Assembly: GCA_037440045.1 (NCBI GenBank) | Contig: JBBIUW010000001.1 | Span: 1 to 29,892 of the forward strand | Source of the DNA: Sphingobacteriaceae bacterium | GTDB taxonomy: Bacteria; Bacteroidota; Bacteroidia; B-17B0; Aurantibacillaceae | DNA length: 29,892 bases | Direction of reading: 5' to 3' | Shown here: piece after piece, positions 25,901-29,892 of the stretch | How the letters are laid out: the number at the start of each line of letters is the position of its first letter | Numbering within the stretch: the first letter of the stretch is position 1 | The notes under the pieces: generated by a model | The model's input: the letters and a program-made list of their open reading frames with translations, nothing else | Database searches by the model: none | Told to the model about the DNA's origin: nothing | Position numbers and translations under genes: made by a program

Positions 25901-27468
25901 GAAACAGCAATTGTATTTGAATTAGCTCCAGTATTCCATAAATAAGAAGAAGCCCCATTAGCGGTTAATGTAATAGAATTGCCTGAACATATTGTAGATG
26001 AATTAACTGTAACAGTAGGCAATGGTATCACAACAACATTTGATGTTACAGTGTTGGAGCAACCTGATGTTAAACCGGTTACAGTATAAATTGTATTTGA
26101 AGATGGCGTTACTGTTATTGAATTTGTATTTGCCCCTGTACTCCACGAATATGTTGATGCACCACTTGCATTTAATACAATTGAAGAACCCGAACAAATT
26201 GTTGCTGAATTTACTGTTACAGTAGGTTGAGGAATAACAGTAACAGATACGCTTCCTGTAGAAGTACAGCCAGCTAAATTATATGTTACTGAATATATCG
26301 TTGTTGAACTTGGGTTAACTGAAATGCTAGAAGATGTTTGAGAACTTGGGCTCCATAAAAATGTACCGCCTCCAGCAGATGGTGTAGCTGTTAATATAGT
26401 AGTATTACCAGCGCAAATTGTTTGTGAATTAACAGTTAATGAAGCAGCAGTAGATGATGTAATGGTTACAGAAGTTGTATCAGTACATCCAATAGAGGAT
26501 TTAGCAATTACGTTATATACACCCGCGCATAATCCAGTAGCAGTAGCACTTGTTTGGCCAATAGGATTAAAGCTTGAATCGTACCATATATAAGTGTATC
26601 CACCAATAGAACCAGATGCATTTGCAGTAGCAGAACCATTACAACTACAACCAGCATTAGTAGAAGATGCTGTAACATTAATAGGTGTTATAGGCAAACA
26701 ACCGTTATTAAATTGAGCAATATATGCAGCATTAGCCGCATTGTTTGGAGCCCCAGGTGTTTGCATAGTTGATGCGCTGCCTGATGTCCAATTGGCTTGT
26801 TGCTGTGGGTCAATGTTATTAAATGAATATACTGTACCTCCACCTGATGCTGGGAAATAAATCAATGTATTTAAATTATCCGTTGCACCATAACAAACTG
26901 AAAATACTTCACACCCAGCAAGATTTACAATCCTAGCACAATCCGAAGAGTTAGCTAAAGCAGTAAAAGCCCAATTACCGCCAGCCACCCAGCCAGTTGT
27001 TGGATATGAACAAGCTGCTGCCCCAGGAGTTGTGGTGTTTCTTTCAAATAAAGAAGTGTTACTTATTGGTGCAATAATAGTACAATTACCATCTGCCATT
27101 GAAAGATCATCAGTCGCAGGTATTGCTGGGTTTTTATCCGCATCATTATAAATTAAAATAATTGTGCCTAACGGTATACACGACCACATTGGATCTTGGG
27201 AAAATCTTATTGCACCCGCAGCAACACCACTTGTTCCATGATAGCCACTATTGTCATCAAAAATCCATCCTCTAATATCTATACATGGTGGTGTTGGACT
27301 ACTACAACTATATGAAACGGTATTACTAACTACAACAAACTCAACGTACTCTTGGCTGCCTGAAGGTCCGTTAGAAACCTCATTCATAATCAGAGTTTGT
27401 GATTTAGCAGCAAAAAAAGCAAAGGCAAAACTTATGATAAGTAAGACTTTAAATAAATGATTTTTCAT
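22957..27468 (-). CDS. Large T9SS-secreted surface protein: lamin-tail-like N-domain, SprB-like repeat, 13 Ig-like repeats, 2 PKD domains, gliding-motility-associated (type B) CTD
   Basis: Sec signal; LIMNEVSNG..EYVEF..DIRGWIFDD (LTD-like); NGSATANASG..YTYIW (SprB-like); PKD WTWTFNDG and YVWGFDG; CTD YAPNTFTPNDDNVND..IFDRWG..GWDG..YTWKV. Confidence 0.9.
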   Translation of the reverse strand: MKNHLFKVLLIISFAFAFFAAKSQTLIMNEVSNGPSGSQEYVEFVVVSNTVSYSCSSPTPPCIDIRGWIFDDNSGYHGTSGVAAGAIRFSQDPMWSCIPLGTIILIYNDADKNPAIPATDDLSMADGNCTIIAPISNTSLFERNTTTPGAAACSYPTTGWVAGGNWAFTALANSSDCARIVNLAGCEVFSVCYGATDNLNTLIYFPASGGGTVYSFNNIDPQQQANWTSGSASTMQTPGAPNNAANAAYIAQFNNGCLPITPINVTASSTNAGCSCNGSATANASGSIGGYTYIWYDSSFNPIGQTSATATGLCAGVYNVIAKSSIGCTDTTSVTITSSTAASLTVNSQTICAGNTTILTATPSAGGGTFLWSPSSQTSSSISVNPSSTTIYSVTYNLAGCTSTGSVSVTVIPQPTVTVNSATICSGSSIVLNASGASTYSWSTGANTNSITVTPSSNTIYTVTGLTSGCSNTVTSNVVVIPLPTVTVNSSTICSGNSITLTANGASSYLWNTGANSNTIAVSPSSNSNYTVIGTSSSCSNSAVSSIVVNISPTVTVNSSTICVGQLTSLIATGASSYFWHTGVTTNSLNVSPITTSNYTVTGTSSGCTNSIVTTVSVIPLPTVTVNSTTLCSGQSTTLTALGATSYTWNSGVNTNSLIVFPSSNTNYTVVGSALGCTNSAVSNVSVVPLPTVTVNSPTVCSGSTVILNASGTSTYTWNNGSSTNSLSVSPISNTSYSVIGSALGCTNIAVANVTVIPLPIVTVNSNTICAGQTVTINANGASSYLWSNGTNTNSLIISPTSNTSYTVIGTTLGCSNTSISNVFVTPFPTVTVNSNSICAGQTITLNAAGANSYIWNTGSVTNSITVSPNSNSSYTVIGSASGCTNTAISSISVTPMPTVTVNSSTICSGSSATLLVSGAATYTWSNGSNNSSVLVNPLTTTSYSVLGELSGCVTSATTNVVVSPNLVLSVNAPTICAGQTATLTSAGASTYTWSNGSVSNSIVVSPLVTSSFSVSGVNGLCSGTTVATVIVNPLPTVTVNSNTICSGQTTTLTANGASTYSWSTGLSSNFMVDSPSINSTYTVIGSSLGCTDTAVATILVMLTPTISVNSATICSGQTATLTASGANSFLWNNGFTTNTIIVNPNSSSTYSVLGTSGLCSSTSTTNVLVNQLPTISVNSSTICSGQNATLTVNGASSYVWSTGSTSNILTTTPNSTTIYTVVGTSLNCSSSATASVIVKAVPNILFNANKTIGCAPLCVQFADLSSVSGSTITNWTWTFNDGYSSNIQNPSHCFDNPGMYNISFLVTASNGCSNTLTNPNMIHVLANPIAEFTTDVFETDILNPVINFTNLSTNANEYVWGFDGVSTSTLTNPSHTYNHEGIYSTTLTATNQLGCKSVAIHDIIVNGIFTFYAPNTFTPNDDNVNDVFLPLGVGWDPEKYQLDIFDRWGNNCFNTKEVGKGWDGRANNGSETAQIDTYTWKVDLTDVFGKNHKYIGRVTIIR
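23743..26445 (-). repeat. Tandem array of 13 intragenic repeats (12 x 207 bp plus one 219-bp unit)
   Basis: Unit consensus PTVTVNSxTICxGQxxTLxAxGAxxYxWxxGxxxNSxxVxPxxxxxYTVxGxxxGCxxxxxxxVxVxPx. Unit starts checked at 26226, 26019 and 23949 fit an exact 207-nt period. Confidence 0.92.
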
Positions 27469-27759
27469 GTTGCCTAAATAAATTTAAATAAATTTAAAAA
27501 GCGGTTAAGGACTCTTATTCTTAAAATAATTCCTTTAGGGTGTTCACTTATTAAGTATAAAACTAAAACTTTAATAAAAGTAAACTAAACTCTTTTAAAA
27601 AACCTTAAGAACAGATTATATTTTTATGAAGAAATGCTAACAATAATTTTACATCAAGCATAAATTACTAAAAGCAAATAAAATCATGGTAGCTTAATAA
27701 TTCGATAACAATAATCGAGAAAACTTGTAAGAACTTTGTAGAAATAAAATTACACAACT

Positions 27760-27984
27760 ATGTTAAACTTCACGAAAAAAAAGAAAAACAACAAAATAAA
27801 TACTTACAGAACCGTTCGCGAGAATATCCTACTTAACAATAATAATCATTCAACGGAACCAACTCACAATATTAATTATGAAAGTTTAGTATTTCAGATG
27901 AATGAAATAAATTTAACACATCATATAACCAATCAGATAAAAGGGAAATCAAACAAAATAATAGTGAAATGGTGGGAAAATTAA
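27760..27984 (+). CDS. Small hypothetical protein (74 aa)
   Basis: Only ORF in a ~900-nt gap. It is preceded by -7-like GAACTTTG and a leader closely resembling that of pstS, and ends in KWWEN. Confidence 0.4.
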   Translation: MLNFTKKKKNNKINTYRTVRENILLNNNNHSTEPTHNINYESLVFQMNEINLTHHITNQIKGKSNKIIVKWWEN

Positions 27985-28379
27985 TCGAATATTAAGTTAA
28001 TAGAAAAATACAGCAGTAGTAAACACATTTAACAGCTAAAAACAGCTAATTAGTAACTGTAAAATTGACATCAAAATCTCGGAGACAAAATAGCAATCAA
28101 TTGTATGCCATTTTAGTTAAAAATTTAACAATTTACCAGGTTTTTATGATTCAAAGTTTGCTATATATAGCTATCTAAAAAGGCGTATTCTCGAAACGTA
28201 ATTACGAATTCAGTGAATCCACGATAAGGAAGCTCAATATAATAACTTTACAATATCTTTTTTGTATCTTTCTCTCATTCCTATCGTTATACTAACACAA
28301 ATCTGTTTAAAACATCGCTTATGATTTAATTTACTCGACTCTTTCTAAAGTAACTTCGTATAATTAACTTATAAGCTCT

Positions 28380-29114
28380 ATGATGTCATTTATTCTTCAA
28401 ATAACAAATACAGTAGCGTCTGCTGTTGTAGATACTGCTACTGCTGTTCAACCTGCTGTTACGGGTATTCAAACAGCTCCAGAACTACCTCCAAATGAAA
28501 TTTCATTATTTAGTATGGTAGCTAAAGGTGGGGTTATTATGATTCCATTGGCTATATTACTGTTAATGTCTATTTATGTTATGGTTGAACGAATGTTAAC
28601 CATTGGAAAAGCAGCTAAAAAAAATGCCACATTATTAGCAAGCATTAAAGACATGATTAATAATGGGAACTTAGCTAATGCGCGTAGCCTTTGTAAAAGT
28701 GTAAATACACCAGAAGCAATTATGTTAGAACAAGGAATTTCACGTATTGGGCAACCAATGCAAGAAATTCGTGAAGCTATGGATAAAGCTGGATCAGCTG
28801 AATTATCTCGCCTAGAAAAAAATATGAGTATTTTAAATATTACAGGACGTATTGCACCAATGTTTGGTTTTATTGGAACAATTATAGGTGTAATTAAAAT
28901 TTTCTATGATATTTCGGTAGCAAAAACAGTAGAAATTGAAGTTATTTCTTCTGGTTTATATCAAAAAATGATTACGTCTGGCGGTGGTTTAGTGGTTGGT
29001 GTTATTGCATTTATTGGATATCACTTTTTAAATGCTCGTATTGATAAGTTAGCTCATCGGATGGAAGAAACCCAAATTGCTTTTTTAGATATTTTAAACG
29101 AACCATCGAAATAA
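28380..29114 (+). CDS. exbB: MotA/TolQ/ExbB proton channel protein
   Basis: GGVIMIPL, LEKNMSILNITGRIAPMFGFIGTIIG and GLYQKMITSGGGLVVG. Confidence 0.88.
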   Translation: MMSFILQITNTVASAVVDTATAVQPAVTGIQTAPELPPNEISLFSMVAKGGVIMIPLAILLLMSIYVMVERMLTIGKAAKKNATLLASIKDMINNGNLANARSLCKSVNTPEAIMLEQGISRIGQPMQEIREAMDKAGSAELSRLEKNMSILNITGRIAPMFGFIGTIIGVIKIFYDISVAKTVEIEVISSGLYQKMITSGGGLVVGVIAFIGYHFLNARIDKLAHRMEETQIAFLDILNEPSK

Positions 29115-29177
29115 ATTAAAAGTCAGATTTTAGAAGTAAGAATTCTTAAATCACTAAATCTTAACTCTTAAATAATC

Positions 29178-29588
29178 ATGGGATTACGTAAAAAAGCACA
29201 TAGAGACGCAGAAGTAAGTACAGAGTCATTAAACGATATCATGTTCTTCTTACTGTTGTTCTTCCTTATATTATCAACTATGGTGAGCCCTAATGCTATT
29301 AAAGTAAACTTACCAAGTTCAAAACCAACAAAACCAGTTGAGAATAATAAAAAACCAATACACTTAGACGTATCAAATAACAGACATTATTTTGTAGAAG
29401 GAAAAGAAGTTGATTACTCTGTTTTAGAATCTGTTTTAGTGTCAGAAATTAATGGTAATCCAGAACCTACTGTTGTATTACAAATGGATAAAGATTTGAG
29501 CATACAAGATGCAGTAGATGTAATGATTATCGTAGATAAATTAAAATGCAAAATGGTTTGGGCAACTAAACCTTCAAATGGTAAATAG
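29178..29588 (+). CDS. exbD: ExbD/TolR biopolymer transport protein
   Basis: SLNDIMFFLLLFFLI TM segment with the conserved Asp, IKVNLPSS and VVLQMDK..VDVM. Confidence 0.88.
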   Translation: MGLRKKAHRDAEVSTESLNDIMFFLLLFFLILSTMVSPNAIKVNLPSSKPTKPVENNKKPIHLDVSNNRHYFVEGKEVDYSVLESVLVSEINGNPEPTVVLQMDKDLSIQDAVDVMIIVDKLKCKMVWATKPSNGK

Positions 29589-29590
29589 TC

Positions 29591-29892
29591 ATGATTTTAT
29601 CACAAGCTGAAGAAAATAAAAATAAGATAATCTCTGCAATTATTTCATTGTTAGTGTTTGCATTGCTCTTATTATTTTTGTTTTTATATATCATTATTAC
29701 ACCAAACCCTCCATTTCCTGTAACAGCTGGCGGCGGCGGTGGAATTGAGTTTAATATTGGTAACTTAATTGAAGGAACTGGAAATGTAGAAAACAATGGT
29801 ATTGGTGATGCTGTTCAAGTTGTAGAAAGTACAGAAACAACTCCTCCAACAAATCAAGAAAATAGTTCTGATAATTTAGTAACCTCTGAACA
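29591..29892 (+). CDS. TonB/TolA-like energy transducer, N-terminal part (runs off the window)
   Basis: ATG 2 nt after the exbD stop gives MILSQAEENKNKIISAIISLLVFALLLLFLFLYIIITPNPPFPVTAGGGGGIEFNIG...: a single TM followed by a Pro/Gly/acidic linker. Confidence 0.75.
   Translation, partial: MILSQAEENKNKIISAIISLLVFALLLLFLFLYIIITPNPPFPVTAGGGGGIEFNIGNLIEGTGNVENNGIGDAVQVVESTETTPPTNQENSSDNLVTSE

Noticed and set aside
23743-26445. Regular periodic repeats considered as a possible CRISPR array
   Set aside because: In-frame 207-nt degenerate protein repeats with no constant 23-47 nt direct repeat and no cas genes.
24440-27460. Short ORFs 24440-24640, 24698-24910, 26003-26197, 26022-26225 and 27251-27460
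   Set aside because: Shadows within the large adhesin gene.
27835-27853. Fur-box-like AACAATAATAATCATTCAA
   Set aside because: Only 13/19 matches in AT-rich DNA, inside a putative ORF and over 500 nt from exbB.
27985-28379. Spacer before exbB, including an AACAGCTAA tandem
   Set aside because: No credible ORF, hairpin or repeat family found; probably promoter DNA (TAACTTCG -7-like near 28351).
29115-29177. Weak AGATTTTAG/CTAAATCT inverted repeat between exbB and exbD
   Set aside because: Too degenerate to call. It resembles common AT-rich Bacteroidota spacer repeats but has no second copy in the window.
29566-29796. 76-aa - strand ORF
   Set aside because: Antisense to the TonB-like gene that starts at 29591.

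Overview
AT-rich Bacteroidota genomic window, identified by T9SS C-terminal domains, lipoprotein signals and TAnnTTTG-type promoters. It has four blocks. (1) 1-13,050 is an anoxia/nitrosative-stress and N2O-respiration block. It holds an uncharacterised FMN TIM-barrel-like gene missed by the ORF track, a fasciclin lipoprotein, a thioredoxin-like protein, ric, a DUF1858/DUF2249 protein, a 12-TM His-motif membrane protein and DUF59. These converge on a complete clade II nos operon (cyt c-nosZ-nosB-nosL-nosD-nosF-nosY) that ends in a group III truncated haemoglobin. Promoters in this block carry a shared ATGAY-N4-ATCAT palindrome 22-23 nt upstream of a -7-like element. (2) 13,050-14,000 holds a decayed EI24/CysZ-like pseudogene and a candidate structured ncRNA. 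(3) 14,000-21,300 is a phosphate-scavenging cluster: T9SS-secreted purple-acid-phosphatase-like enzyme, T9SS-secreted PhoD, an imelysin-like/MauG-type di-haem fusion, pstS and marC. (4) 21,400-29,892 holds small hypotheticals, a VOC protein, a 1503-aa T9SS type-B surface protein with 13 tandem ~69-aa repeats, and the start of an exbB-exbD-tonB operon. No rRNA, tRNA, CRISPR array or transposase was seen. All family assignments come from motif recognition by eye, not database searches.
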